Positions 48,232 through 61,365 of a stretch of 64,000 bases of DNA are shown here, piece by piece. Both the position numbers and the translations under genes were made by a program. The stretch is from Octopus vulgaris (Eukaryota). How positions within the stretch are numbered: position 1 is the stretch's first letter; the number at the start of each line of letters is the position of its first letter. The notes under the pieces were generated by a model. It was not told the origin of the DNA. It saw only the letters and a program-made list of their open reading frames with translations, and did not search any database. The DNA lies in the NCBI GenBank assembly GCA_951406725.2, contig OX597819.1, forward strand, positions 95,790,001-95,854,000. Reading direction: 5' to 3'.

Positions 48232-50847
48232 ATGGATCAAATTCTTCAAGGACTTTTTGTTTCTAATCACCCAGATATACTTAAAGAAAAAATTCTACAA
48301 AAAATATTAAAATCACCGAAAACAGCACAAGACACAGTCCCAGTTTTAAACCTTGCTGTAAAATGGTCATTAGATGGAGAAACTGCATTCCAATGTACAT
48401 CCGGTGTTCGACTTTACGAAAATTGGGCAAGAGACAATGAAGAGATATTTCAAAAATATTTCAACAAAGTTTTAATGAATGATATCTTAATTAATTCACA
48501 CCAAAATCCAACAGCAGCCATTGTTATCATCGAAAAATCGTTACAAATTTTAAAAGGTACTGAATGCTATGCATCATTAGTGAAATATTTCCAGCAATTA
48601 ATCACAATATTTTTAAAACAGAACAGTAATTTACAATGTTTAGCTATAATCTTTTCTTTATTGATGAAACAGCCTAAATGTGTTCCTGTTTATCAACGAT
48701 ATGACTTCTGTTGTGTGATCATTGATATTTTATATGTTACTAGAACACCAAAACAAGGAGTTAATTTTTTACAAGAAGTTAAAACTATAAATACAGCTGG
48801 ACAAATTTTATTTCAATTATGGGAAAATTGTACTCCTAATAATTCTAATGATGACACAAAGAAAAATTCAGTTCATTATCTGTTTTCCTTAATTTCGCAG
48901 CCATTTGACAGTCCTGCTGTCTGTCTTGGAACGTTGAGCCAAATACCAGTTAAATCAGTAGAAGAAATTATTGATTTAATTAATATTGATGTAATTAATA
49001 AACCTAGAATCTCCAACACAATTTATCAAATTTTACATTGGCTGGATTGGCCATTTTCTCAACGAGTACATATATGGATAATTGGGATATTTGAAAAATT
49101 AGCAGCAGCAGGATTTGATGAAGTTTTAAAAGAAATTGCTCAGGAGGCTATTGTTTTCATAGTCAACATGCTGAAACCCATTGCTTCTAGAGAATCTGCA
49201 GCTAAGATCTTGGTACATATATATACAAAGATACAGCTGAGTCCTGATAGTACCTCTCACATGATAATGTCTTTGGTCGACATCATTCCAATATTAGCAG
49301 AGGAAAAAAGCAGCACAGGTTTAGCATGCATTGAAATTTTATTGGCCAATATGGAGTTGGAAATATATTGGCATTCTAAAGAACCATTTATAAAATATAG
49401 ACAGACTTGTTTCTCAATCAAAGAACTGCAATTAAATAAAGTAAAACCTCTTGCAGCGTTATGTAATACTAGTAATTGCAGAAATTTTACTGTTCCTCCT
49501 CTTGAAATTAAGAAGGCTCTAACACGCAAAACTGGATTGTGCAATGTGAAAAACTCGTGTTATATGAATTCAGCTATTCAGGTGCTCTTTATGTTGGATA
49601 ATTTTAGACAAGAGGTATTAGGCATGCCAGTGCCCCCTGGTGGAATCATCAGCAAACTACAAGAAGTTTTCTCCTATCTACTATCAAGCCAACGGCCTTC
49701 TTTTTACCCATCAGAATTCTATTGCAATGCTAATCCTTCGTGGTTTGCAAAATATGAGCAGCAAGACTGTGCAGAGTTTTTGTCACATCTTCTGAATGCT
49801 TTTGATGAGGAAGAAAAGAAAAACAGCACGAAAACAGAGTCATTGAGTGATAAAAACAAGGGAGAGATAACTAAATGCGAAATAGTAGATAGTAAATCAA
49901 GAACGCTGATTGATAGAAATTTTTTTGGTAAGCTCAGAAACTCTACAAGATGTCTAAAATGTCAAACAGAAACAAAATACGAAGAAAGATTTTCGTTTTT
50001 GCTCCTAGCATTACCACATGATGATGATGAGGAGGAGGAGGTGAAAGAAGAGAAAAATATAAATGATAAACTCGATATTCGAGACTTAATACAGAATTAC
50101 TTCACAGTGGAAGAATTGAAGGTTAGTAATCAATTTAAGTGTCCAAACTGTGATGATTATCGTGATGGAATTCGACAAGTTTTCCTCATAGACGCTCCAG
50201 AATATTTAAATCTAACTTTATCAAGATTTTCTTATAATAAAAAGAATAAAAAGCGGTCTAAAATTATGGCTTATGTCAATTATCCAAAAGAATTATGTTT
50301 AAAATGTTTCACTACAAATGATGAGAGTTTGGTTGTCGAGGAAGATATTAATTATGTACTGTGTTCTGTTGTTATTCATTCTGGTTATAACAGTGATTCC
50401 GGACATTGTATATTGCTATCCCGACATTCGTGTTTAATTAATGAACATTATACAAACTTGAATAATTTACTAAAAGACAACTGGTATATTTTTAATGATG
50501 AATCTGTGACAGAAACAAAGTATAATTTTTCAGATACACTTAAATCATCAAAAAGTGACACTCCTTACTTTTTTATATATAGACGTGTAACAAAAGAACT
50601 ATTAGATTCAGGTGAGTTATGCTGTAATCTAGAAGAACTGCTTGAAAAATCTGTAATTCCAGAAAGATTTCAAAAGGAAATTTCAAAAGACAATGAAAGG
50701 TATTTCAAGGAAAAATTATCACAGGTCAAAGATGAAGACAGCACAAAAAAGAAAAAAGATGACTTTGACTATGATGGCAGTGGGAACAGTGGAGGGACAA
50801 ATGCTTTTGGCCACTTAGACATCTTTGGGTCTAAGTTTATATACTAA
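48232..50847 (+). CDS. Ubiquitin carboxyl-terminal hydrolase, USP35/USP38 family, intronless CDS
   Basis: N-terminus MDQILQGLFVSNHP..LK resembles USP38/35. Cys box GLCNVKNSCYMNS, QQDCAEFL, two CxxC pairs, His box HSG.NSDSGH, WYIFNDESV, Gly-rich C-terminus. Acceptor tatttcag| at 48095. Confidence 0.93.
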   Translation: MDQILQGLFVSNHPDILKEKILQKILKSPKTAQDTVPVLNLAVKWSLDGETAFQCTSGVRLYENWARDNEEIFQKYFNKVLMNDILINSHQNPTAAIVIIEKSLQILKGTECYASLVKYFQQLITIFLKQNSNLQCLAIIFSLLMKQPKCVPVYQRYDFCCVIIDILYVTRTPKQGVNFLQEVKTINTAGQILFQLWENCTPNNSNDDTKKNSVHYLFSLISQPFDSPAVCLGTLSQIPVKSVEEIIDLINIDVINKPRISNTIYQILHWLDWPFSQRVHIWIIGIFEKLAAAGFDEVLKEIAQEAIVFIVNMLKPIASRESAAKILVHIYTKIQLSPDSTSHMIMSLVDIIPILAEEKSSTGLACIEILLANMELEIYWHSKEPFIKYRQTCFSIKELQLNKVKPLAALCNTSNCRNFTVPPLEIKKALTRKTGLCNVKNSCYMNSAIQVLFMLDNFRQEVLGMPVPPGGIISKLQEVFSYLLSSQRPSFYPSEFYCNANPSWFAKYEQQDCAEFLSHLLNAFDEEEKKNSTKTESLSDKNKGEITKCEIVDSKSRTLIDRNFFGKLRNSTRCLKCQTETKYEERFSFLLLALPHDDDEEEEVKEEKNINDKLDIRDLIQNYFTVEELKVSNQFKCPNCDDYRDGIRQVFLIDAPEYLNLTLSRFSYNKKNKKRSKIMAYVNYPKELCLKCFTTNDESLVVEEDINYVLCSVVIHSGYNSDSGHCILLSRHSCLINEHYTNLNNLLKDNWYIFNDESVTETKYNFSDTLKSSKSDTPYFFIYRRVTKELLDSGELCCNLEELLEKSVIPERFQKEISKDNERYFKEKLSQVKDEDSTKKKKDDFDYDGSGNSGGTNAFGHLDIFGSKFIY

Positions 50848-52214
50848 ATTACTAAATAATCATTATCATCTCTTCATCATCATTTTAATGTCCACATTTC
50901 CTTGATTGCATGGCTTGGACTGAGGTTATTAAGGTGGATTTTCTATGGCCAGATGCCCTTCCTATTACCAATCCTTACTTGTTTCTTAGCAAGGTAATAT
51001 TTTCCCATGGCCATACCTGATTTTGCAGAACATTGGAAACAAATGACATTCATTTACAACAATTGTGCACTGTCAAGAAGACAAAAATACACACACACAC
51101 ATTATATATATATATTATATATATCAGGTAGTCGAGATCTATAAGATCCAGGCAATTAACTCAGTAGCACTCCTGTTCACAGGTTACTTTGGAAGAATAC
51201 CGATGATACTTACTGTCTATCAGCCAGTCAATAAAACAAACAATGCAAAATTAACCAGTTAATTTATGATTCTTAAGCACACTGTAAATCCATTGTATTT
51301 AATAACAATATGCTGCACATTTACTGCAAGGTAAAATATAATAAGTGAATAAATATTACACACACACACACACACCTGTCATTTATACAAAGATATGTGG
51401 TGAAAATGTCTGGTTATGTGGTTTCACAAAGTAATACATTAATATGCAAATAAATAACCATTCTATGGAAACGTTCATAACATAATTTGAAGAATATTTC
51501 TATTCATATTCATTGATTTTATGTGTGTGTGTGTGTGTGTATACTAGGCTTCTTTTCAGTTGTTTCCATCTCCTAAATCCAGTTACAATACTTTGATTGG
51601 TCCTGGGCTTTAGTAGAAGGCACACACCCTAAGTGTAACACAGTGGGAGTGAACCCAAAACCATGTGGTTGGGAAACAAACCTCTTCATCACACGGACAC
51701 ACCTGTGCCTATACAACACATTTTCAGGGGTTTAATAATAAGTATTTAATATATATAGGTTCAAGCATGACTATGTGGTTCATAAGTTTGCTTTGCAAAA
51801 CTTTCTGGGTTTGGGTACATTTCCACTGCATGCAGAACTTCTTGGGCAATTCTCTTCTGCTATAGCTTCCTCAGGTTGACCAATGCCTTATAAATATATG
51901 AACTGAATGTAGTAGACAAAACTATACAGAAACCCATTGTATGTGAAAATTGTGTGTGTGTGTGTATATCATCATTATTATTTGAATGTCTATTTTTCCA
52001 TGCTTGCATGACTTGGATGAGGCAGATTTTCTAAGGCTGGATACCTTTCCTGTGATAAGTTGGTTGTTAGGCACCAGAAACTAAGAAAATAAGTAATTCA
52101 GACATGGCTGAGCATGGCATTGTTAACAAGGGTATTGGTGGCATTGAGACACCTCCATGCATATTGAGTTTAAACAACTTGTTGATCCTGCTATGGCAAA
52201 ACAGAATTATTATT

Positions 52215-52475
52215 CTTTTCTACTCTAGGCACAAGGCCCAGAATTATTATTATTAAGGCAGCAAGGTGGCAGATATGTTAGCATGCCAGGCAAACTGCTG
52301 AACAGTATTTCATCCGTCTTTACATTCTAAGTTCAAATTCCGCTGAGGTCAACTTTGCCTTTCATCCTTTCGGGGTTGATAAAATAAGTACCAGTCAAGC
52401 ACTGGAGTCAATGTTATCAACTAGCCCCTCCCACCAAATTTCAGGCCTTGTCCTTATAGTAGAAATGATTATTAT
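52215..52475 (+). mobile_element. SINE with the aatttcaggccttgt tail, plus a short inverted tail fragment
   Basis: aaggcagcaaggtggcaga...actttgcctttcatcctttcgggg...tcaggccttgtccttatagtagaaa(att)n. Confidence 0.8.
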
Positions 52476-52535
52476 TGTTATAAAAGCATCAAGCCTTATG
52501 CCTACTATAGTAGAAGGAATTATATACACACAAAC

Positions 52536-53030
52536 AGTCCTCATTTAATGTCATTGATAGGTGCTTGAGAAGAGCAAATTTAAGTGAAATGACAGAAAGC
52601 AAAACCAATTTAACCAATGCTCATTGATATAAAAAGAGTTAGATTCCTAGTCACAAAAAGATCAACAAAATTGTAAATAACCACTTAAGAAATATTAATA
52701 CAAATCAATAAGATGGTTGTTTCTTTAAAGAACTTGAACAAAGTCTGTTATCTTGCATTGTTTTTCTTATGATTGTATAATTTCTTTTAGAAGTTGAAGT
52801 CACTCATTATTAACCTGTTTCTTTCTTAACTTTCTTCTCTTTGAAGATCTTTTTGGGTGAAAATTGGCATAGCTCTATCTAAAATAAGGACACTCTGACA
52901 AATATTTTAGTTGTCAAAATACCTGGTGGTCTTGCATTTTCACTTGCAGTACTGTTCTACTTTCCATGAGGTCCTCATTAGATATTTTTTGGCCATGAGA
53001 TTCAAGGAACTTCACTCTTTTATATTTTAA
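52536..53030 (-). mobile_element. pogo/Tigger transposon remnant
   Basis: CAGTCCTC-type terminus. Minus-strand FLESHGQKISNEDLME resembles the Tigger transposase C-terminal ELL.SH..EL.NEDL.E motif. Confidence 0.55.
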
Positions 53031-53271
53031 GTATTGTCATGCCTTAAAAGAGTTGTATCTCTATTAAATACATAATAAATGTAGAAAGATTGTGTCTTAA
53101 AAGAAAGCCGTGAAATAAAAAAAATTAATATCATGCATTGTTATCCATCATTATCTGTTTATTGACTTATTTATATATATTACTGAATTGAAAACAACTG
53201 GTTGCAAAGGAAGAAAAAATGGAAAGAAGTAAAGCAAACAAATTCAGTTTGATAGGCATATGTGTTGTGAA

Positions 53272-54058
53272 TTTTTACTTTGGTTTTATAGATTTCCCAT
53301 CAATGTTATACACAATGACCTTAAGTGAGGACTCTGTGTGTATGTATATACTTTTGTGCATGTATGCATATACTTTTGCATATGTATGTATCTACTTTTA
53401 TGTGTGTGTGTGTGTGTATATATATAATTTACATACATTAATCTGTGTATCATACTAAATGCAGTTACCTCATAGAAAGCCAAATTAACTGCTGAATTCA
53501 TCCTGAGATAATATTTCTTATAGACATAGTGTTTTTACTTTGGTTTTATAGATTTCCCATCAATGTTATACACAATGACCTTAAGTGAGGACTCTGTGTG
53601 TATGTATATACTTTTGTGCATGTATGCATATACTTTTGCATATGTATGTATCTACTTTTGTGTGTATGTGTGTGTGTATATATATATATATTTACATACA
53701 TTAATCTGTGTATCATACTAAATGCAGTTACCTCATAGAAAGCCAAATTAACTGCTGAATTCATCCTGAGATAATATTTCTTATAGACATAGTGTTTTTA
53801 CTTTGGTTTTATAGATTTCCCATCAATGTTATACACAATGACCTTAAGTGAGGACTCTGTGTGTATGTATATACTTTTGTGCATGTATGCATATACTTTT
53901 GCATATGTATGTATCTACTTTTGTGTGTATGTGTGTGTGTATATATATATATATTTACATACATTAATCTGTGTATCATACTAAATGCAGTTACCTCATA
54001 GAAAGCCAAATTAACTGCTGAATTCATCCTGAGATAATATTTCTTATAGACATAGTGT
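53272..54058. repeat. Three near-identical tandem copies of a 260-263-bp unit
   Basis: Units start at 53272, 53532 and 53795 and differ mainly in the internal (TG)(TA) tract. Confidence 0.95.
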
Positions 54059-55712
54059 TAAAAAACACAAGTATATCAGTAGCAGACGAAAATCATTCAG
54101 CATCGGTGAATATTAGTAGTGGATGAAAATTGTCCAACAATGGTGGTGGTATTGCTAAATTAAGTATTTAATAGAGATACAACTCTTTTAAGGCATGAAG
54201 CTAGATGCACATTTCTGCCTTTTGGGGCTTTATTAGTAGCAAATACCCACTAGCAGCCACATGCTTAAACAAAATCTATTGTCACTGACAGAAAAACTGA
54301 TTAAAAAATCACTGATGTTGCAAGTAGCTGGAGAGCTGAATAAAAGTTTGCCATGTGCAACAGAAGCAGAATATGTTTAAAGTAGCAATCCGTTAATCAT
54401 ACTAAATGCAGATACATCATGGGAAACCAAATTAACTGCAGTATTCATCCTGAGATAATACCTCCTATAGATGTACAGTATTATATAACACAAAAGTATA
54501 TTAGTAGTGGATGAAAAATGTCCAACAATGGTGGTGGTATTGCTAAATATGCCTTTCTGCCACTTTGCTACTAAAATATTTTTGTGTTATTTAACACTGT
54601 ATGTCTAGAAGAAATTTTATCTCAAGATGAATACTGCAGTTAATTTGGCTTTCTGTGATGTATCTGCATTTAACAGTATACATATTGATATTTTAAACTA
54701 ATACTGCTTCTGTTGTGCATAAATGAATTTTTGAAAGTGAACTAACAATTTCAAAATGCACCTATCAGTCCAGTAGAAGGTACTCTAAGTTGACCACCGT
54801 GCTTTAACACCTTTTTGACTCAAGTGAGAGTTTTTTCTCTACAACAAACTTCAGTGTAAACCCTTTTATAAGTTCAAATATTTCTCAAACATATTTCAAC
54901 TGATCTTCAATTTGTTTATTCCCATCATTGTTTTGCGCACCTACTTGTGATATATGTATATAATATATATGTATGTGTGTGTATGTATACATATATGTGT
55001 ATTTGTGTGTGTACATGAATGCGCATATGCGTTCATTCATTAAAGTACTGGAAGGCTAGATTGACGCGTTATTTCCAATGCAACATTCAACTCCACCATT
55101 TCAATATAAGGGCTTTTAATATCTAACCCTGTAAATAACTAGCTTGGTATTAAGCATTTATTCCTGCCACACTAATATTCATTATTTAGTTTTATTTTTT
55201 TCTCTCTTTGGTTCTATACTACTTTGTCTTAAATCTATTCTAATTTAATTTTATTTTCATTCTCAATTCTGTGTTCTTTCAGCTTTTAACATTAGCATTT
55301 AAAATATATATATATATATATTTTAATACCTACTTCATTTTCTCCCATTTATTTAGTTATTTACTTTTCTATTTTTTCATAGCTCACCTGCCCCTATCAA
55401 CTCTAAATCCTTTATATCTTAGTATCTCAGAATCAAAAGTCACCAGCAATTTCTCTTGTTTTCCCTCAGTACTACCTCTCCCACTTCACCCAGTTTTGTG
55501 TTTTATTGCATGTGTTTGCTTTCTTTACCTATTTCATCCACCAACACCACCATAGGTTTTTTTAGTCAGTGGCTAAATTCTTTATCTGCATCATTCTTGA
55601 CCTATCACTATCATCATTACCACTATTATTAATACAAATTCTGTCTTCATTATCATTAATGTTGTTCATGTCCTACCTATTATTACTGTTGTTGGTATTA
55701 TTATCATTATTA

Positions 55713-56110
55713 AGGCGGTGAGTTGGCAGAATCGTTAGCACGCCGGGTGAAATGCTTAGCGGTATTTTGTCTGCCGCTACGTTCTGAGTTCAAAATCCGC
55801 CGAGGTTGACTTTGCCTTTCATCCTTTCAGGGTCGATTAAATAATAAGTACCAGTTATGCACTGGGGTCGATATAATCGACTTAATCCGTTTGTCCATCT
55901 CTGTGTTTAGCCCCTTGTGGGTAGTAAAGAAATAGGTATTTTGTCTATCACTATGTTCTGAGTTCAAATTCTGCCGAGGTCAACTTTGCCTTTCATCCTT
56001 TCGGGGTCAATAAAATAATAAGTACCAGTTATGCACTGGGGTCAATGTAATCGACTTAATCCCTTCCCCAAAATTTCAGGCCTTGTGCCTACATTAGAAA
56101 GGATTATTAT
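55713..56110 (+). mobile_element. Dimeric SINE: full copy with Tx1-like tail followed by a partial copy with a different tail
   Basis: The core tttgcctttcatcctttc.gggtc occurs twice. Tails are agccccttgtgggtagtaaagaaata and aatttcaggccttgtgccta...(att)n. Confidence 0.85.
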
Positions 56111-58199
56111 TATTAATATTAGATGTTTATATTTCTACAGCATTATGCTTTCTTTATTGTTATTCTCACTTGATCATTATTTTGGTTGCTGACAATTTTT
56201 TTATTATTATTAGCCTACCTCACCATTTATATATTCTTTTTCTTCTAACTTATCTTTATCTGTTTTGGTATTACTATTGTATAAGGCCTGTCTGCCATTT
56301 CACCATTTTTATTTTTGTCTTTATTTTAAACATCTTGTTTCCTCCAGATATAATTAAAATACAGTGCTTGACAGATGCACAATGTAAGAGCACACCTTTT
56401 GATGCAAGTCTTATGAAATGCCACTCCAGTATTTAAAGCCTCAAATATTTCATAACTTTTCACTTGGAACTTTTGCATGCAATGGTGTTAAAAGCAGAGT
56501 GGTGCCAAAACAATTATAACTGATCATTAAAGATGTGATAAACTCTTTCTTTGTCTTCCTTCTTATTTGGATTATATATCTGTGTATATATGTAATGTTA
56601 TAATAAAAGCCACAATTTTTGTTAAATAAGCCACACAGGATTTCCTGGTTGAAACATGAATTTATTTTGCTATTTGTCAAGCTAAAAACAAAACCATTTG
56701 TCAGTTGCTTTTCTAAGCAGATAATATTCAAACAAGGAATGCTGGTAAGGAAGAAGACTAAAAAAAAAAAAACATGAGGGAAATAAAATCAGTGTTACAA
56801 TAAACAATGTCAAAAGTCATAAACAAGATGTTAATGGTTAACTATGTGTTTAGTGGCCTATTTTTAAATTCTGTCAAAATGTATTCCTTAAAATGTGGAC
56901 ATACAGAAAAAATCTAATTCCTGGAATTTATGTAATCTTTGGAGGTTCTCAAGGTATAATACTGAATATCTTTTTGACCTGTTAATATAGGGTCTGGCTT
57001 TGGAGATAGTCTTCCAGTTGACGTTGTAGTTAGTTCCTTCGTCTTAAAACCTCCAGATTAAAGCCATGGTGCCTAAAATTCAAAAGATGATTGTTGTAGT
57101 TGGATTTAAATTTTCCTTCCACTACTGCAATTTCTGTCCAACTGTTGCTATAATCCACTGAAACCTGTGCTTCATAGATAATGGAATTTATCATTCACTA
57201 TACAAAGTGTATAAGATGCTTTTCTCATGACACCAAGATCTGTGTGGTCACTCTGTAAGTAGCAAAACTAAAAAGTCCCTTGACTAAAAAAGGTGATAGG
57301 AGAAAGGGATGACTTTAAAGAGGTGATGAAGGAAGGCTGAGTATGATGAGAGAAACAGATTTATTGTTGCAAGAGGTTGATAGAAGAAATTAAAAGTGGA
57401 AGGGAAAAGGAAAAGAGAAAGAATAGTGTCAGGGATTAGTGAGCAAGAAAAGGATAATAGACGGGGATATATTTTTGATTTAATTACATTTTTTAAATGT
57501 AACTTAAATTCTAAATTTCATTAGGTATATATATCCCATCAAGAGAATAATCTTGTTTTACTCCTCATTTTCTCAATTAGTGGTATAGAACAAGATTCAA
57601 ATTTCTGAGTAAAATAGCAACATTTCAATGAAAATTTAATAATTATGGAATAAAAGTCTTTTAAAATTATATTTCATTTCGTTTTTTTTTTTATTCTTAA
57701 TTTTTTTATCTGACGATTATATTTTTTGGTTTTATTTTTAAAATAAGTTTGTAGCAAACAGGTGTACATAAAGGAGGGGGCTAAACTGGACTATTGTGAA
57801 ACACTAACCTCATCAAAACTTGTCCGAACATAACCATAAACTACAGAATTTGTAATCATGATCAATGTAAAGATTGTACATTTTCAAAACTGATCTTCAT
57901 TAAATGTTGGAAGCTAGATATTATTATTGGAAGTTAAACACTAGATATTTGATGTTATCATACAATAAATCAATGATAACAATGGGATGAATTCGTAATT
58001 AAATGAGAATTATGGTAGTCAAGTGAGGGGCAATATAAAGAAAATATATCCCCTGGTTTTGGATTTGGTTAAAATATTTATACATTTTGTTTTTATTTTA
58101 CATATGTTAATTTATCAACATCGTAATTTGACATTTGTTTTTCTTTGTTGAAGACATCTCACTACATGGCTTGATCCTTTCCTAACTTTTGTGTTCTGT

Positions 58200-58420
58200 C
58201 TAACATACTTTTAACAACAGCTTGTCTACATACCTACCTATTGTTGACATGCTTTTAATGGTGTGATATTCTGTATACCTTCTTATTGCTAAGGTATATG
58301 ACATGCTTTTAATGATGAGATGTTCTTTATACATCCTTATTGTTGTTGATGACATGCTTTTAACAGTGAGATGTGTAACATACCTACCTATTGTTAGAAA
58401 GTACCTGACCATGTCTGACA
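58200..58420. repeat. Degenerate minisatellite of about 55-60 bp
   Basis: tacct..tattg..gacatgcttttaa..gtg.gat is repeated about 4 times. Confidence 0.7.
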
Positions 58421-59020
58421 TGTGAGTCTCTTAGCTAATATGACCACATTAATTTCAGTATCATAGAGGTTCTGTGACTAATAAAAAGCAATTAATAATA
58501 TTTCCCAGCCACTAGCAAACAATGAAAACATGTTGCAGTGAAAAAGAGCACGTCCTAAACATTATATCTAATGACAATACTTACCAACTTTGTGATAAAA
58601 TGCACCCAGTTCTTGCTGTAAAGTTGTTGATAAGAAGGGCATAGAGCTTATGAAACCATTCCAAAATCAGTCACAAATGTAAAAACATAATTTTGTATAT
58701 AGACTCACATTTTCTTAGTGCTGCACACTGTAAGTGGAATGGTTGGGTATAAAAATGTGGCCATGTCTGAAATTCCCTTGATTGCCAGCAAACAATTACC
58801 TAGGCTCTCTTCTTTTCAGAGGCAGAAACATAACAAACAACCCATCAACCACTGGAACACTTGCATCTTCCTATTCAGAGTTGCCACCATTAATATTATG
58901 AATAAAGATGTCTGGAGAGATTGTTCTCATGCTCAACCTTTCGCCTTGAAGAGGGGGTCCTTTGTTACCTGCAAAGGTATTAGCTCCCTGAATTTTTCCA
59001 ACTTATCCTCACTGTGGATA

Positions 59021-59400
59021 CTAGTTTTTCTTTTTTAACTTGCTGACTCTTCCAAGACAGGTCAGCTTGATGCTGTTAATGTTCTGTTTAACCTGTTGCA
59101 GGTCAACACTTGCAAGAAAGATATAAGCGGGAAGACAATTCCATAGGGAGGATGTTCTTGGGGAAAAAGAAAGAATGGGCATAGTTGTTAATGCAAGGCA
59201 GAAGTGGTTAGACATGACAAGAACGGTAAGAGGTGAAAAGACAAGTGGGTGGCAGGGAGCTGAGTGATGGATGTATGAAACTAGCCTACTCTGAGAAACA
59301 GAGGCCATTATAGCAGCAATAAAAAAGACAGAGGAGATAGCTGGTCAGAGTTCATTAGTGATTAAATACCAATCAGACAAGTGCTCTGAAAAGAAGGTCT
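59021..59400 (-). mobile_element. CR1-group (Crack/Daphne-like) LINE 3' fragment
   Basis: SFSPRTSSLWNCLPAYIFLASVDLQQVKQNIN. Confidence 0.7.
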
Positions 59401-59829
59401 AGTTTTGGTGATCCTATCCTAGATATGCTGGAAAATATTAGCTAGAAATTTTGAGGTTAGATTAGTAAATGTTGCCAATATGAACCAATGTAAAAGTTAT
59501 GGAGGGATAGAATAACTATAACCTAATATATATAGAAAACCAATATACAATTCAAAGCAGCTTTTGTTAGGCTGCTAATCAGTAAACGTCTTCCTTATAT
59601 TTTTCCATAAATTTTGTTTTATGTTCCTTAATCTTTGTCAAATCTATCATTCAACACACTTTCTAACTCTATTAGGATTCTCTTTCTTTTTACGAACTCT
59701 CAAAATCCCCTGTCAGCCTTTTCGTCCACCTACTACTACTTATCTCATTAAGATGTCGAACCCCTTTCAATTTCAATTATTTAATAAACTTAATAATGTC
59801 ACTTATTTTTGGATCCATTTCAATCAGAG

Positions 59830-59872
59830 GTTAAACAACAGGAAACTGTGTATCACTCTCTAGTGATTTGAG
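59830..59872 (+). promoter_or_regulatory. Putative non-coding first exon of the 10-finger ZNF
   Basis: Strong donor GAG|GTAAGT at 59873 with CAGGAA upstream. Acceptor tatttcag| at 61542. Confidence 0.45.
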
Positions 59873-60654
59873 GTAAGTTCTTTCTTGTGCACTCAGTGAT
59901 ATTTACGCCGTGTTGCGTTCACCAAATTTTATAAACATTGCAGTTGTAACATTTACTTACTCTCTCTTAATAATAACTAATTATCTCCTGTAATTAACTT
60001 AAGAGATTATTTATTAAGCAAAAGAAGAAGAAGAAAATAGTGATATCCTGTGAGAAATATTTGTAAGTTCTGTTCTATTTAACTAACATCTTTTAAGTAT
60101 ATTATGTCAGGATCATTGATACATTTTATGATACCTCACTTCATTGACAAAATTATTTGAACATCGGACAAATACTTTGCAGTATTTTTTCCGGCTCTTT
60201 ACGTTCTGAGTTCAACACCCTCTATGGTCAATAAAATAAAGTACTAATCAAGCTTTGGAGATCGATGGTATCGACTAAATCCCTCACTTCAAAATAGCTG
60301 ACCTTGTGCCTAAATTATGAACAATTTTCTCATCTTATAACTACGTTGTTATGTATCATTGCTATATCTGATCAAGCCTCCCTACTTCTATATCTCGTTA
60401 TTTCATCTTAATTACTCACATAGTTATGTATCGTATATTATACAAATTAGTTTTATAGAAAATCTCTATCTTTTTACATTTATTCGTCATCTACACCATT
60501 CGGTCAATATAAAGAATTGACCTCCTCCTTTAGGATTTAGTCGATACCATCAATCTCTAAAGCTTGATTAGTACTCTATTTTATTGACCCCTGAGGGTCT
60601 ATATAAAGATCCTCACCTGTTAACGAAAAAAAAAAGTTTGCTGGGCGTTAACAA

Positions 60655-61365
60655 CTGTGTAGAAAACGGATAGGAAAAAAATTTGCGCAAACGTACCTCG
60701 GGGTGGGGAGAAAAGGACTTTCGGAAAATTCACTAGATCCGATTTTTCCCTCATAACTTTCAGGAAAATGGATATATATTGATTTTTTTTTTACGGAATC
60801 CCACGTTTTCAGCTATGGAGAATCCGATTCTGAAAAATTTAGGTTGTAAAATTTCAATTTTTCAAAAAGAAAACCCCCAAACTCTCCCCTCCCAATTCTA
60901 CGGTTTGGGCCTTCAACCAGACTATCCATATGCTACAAATAACAGCCAAATCTCAAAACTGCAATAACATAATGAAAGAAATATGTAATTAATCTGCCCA
61001 TTTTCAGTTTCACAAACATGATGTTTTGCGCTGGTCAAATGATTCTCTTTAATTTCACTTTATCACGGTGTTTCTTTGCTATTTCTGCTTTTTTTTTTTT
61101 CAAAAGAGTTTGCTGTTATTTCTACACTCATATTTTTTGTAACTTTCAAAACAAAAAACAAAACATGTGAACACTTTAATTTCACTCGAATTACTTTGTC
61201 ATATTACTGCAAGAAATTACTCTGAAAGAAATTTTTGCAGAAAGGTGAGTAGATAGATTACATATTTCTTTCGTTATGTTATCGCAGTTTTGTGAGATTT
61301 GGCTGTTATTTCTAGCATATGGATAGCCTGCTTAAAGGCCAAGGCCGTAGAATTGGGAGGGAAGG
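60655..61365. mobile_element. Foldback-family fragment (60655-60780) and a second inverted-repeat element (arms about 60888-60972 and 61273-61365)
   Basis: aaatttgcgc...aggactttcggaaaattcac is shared with 42790-42900. ctcccaattctacgg...aaataacagccaaatctca is mirrored downstream. Confidence 0.75.

Noticed and set aside
53272-54058. Regular direct repeats as a possible CRISPR-like array
   Set aside because: Whole 260-bp units are duplicated with no unique spacers, the context is eukaryotic, and there are no cas genes.
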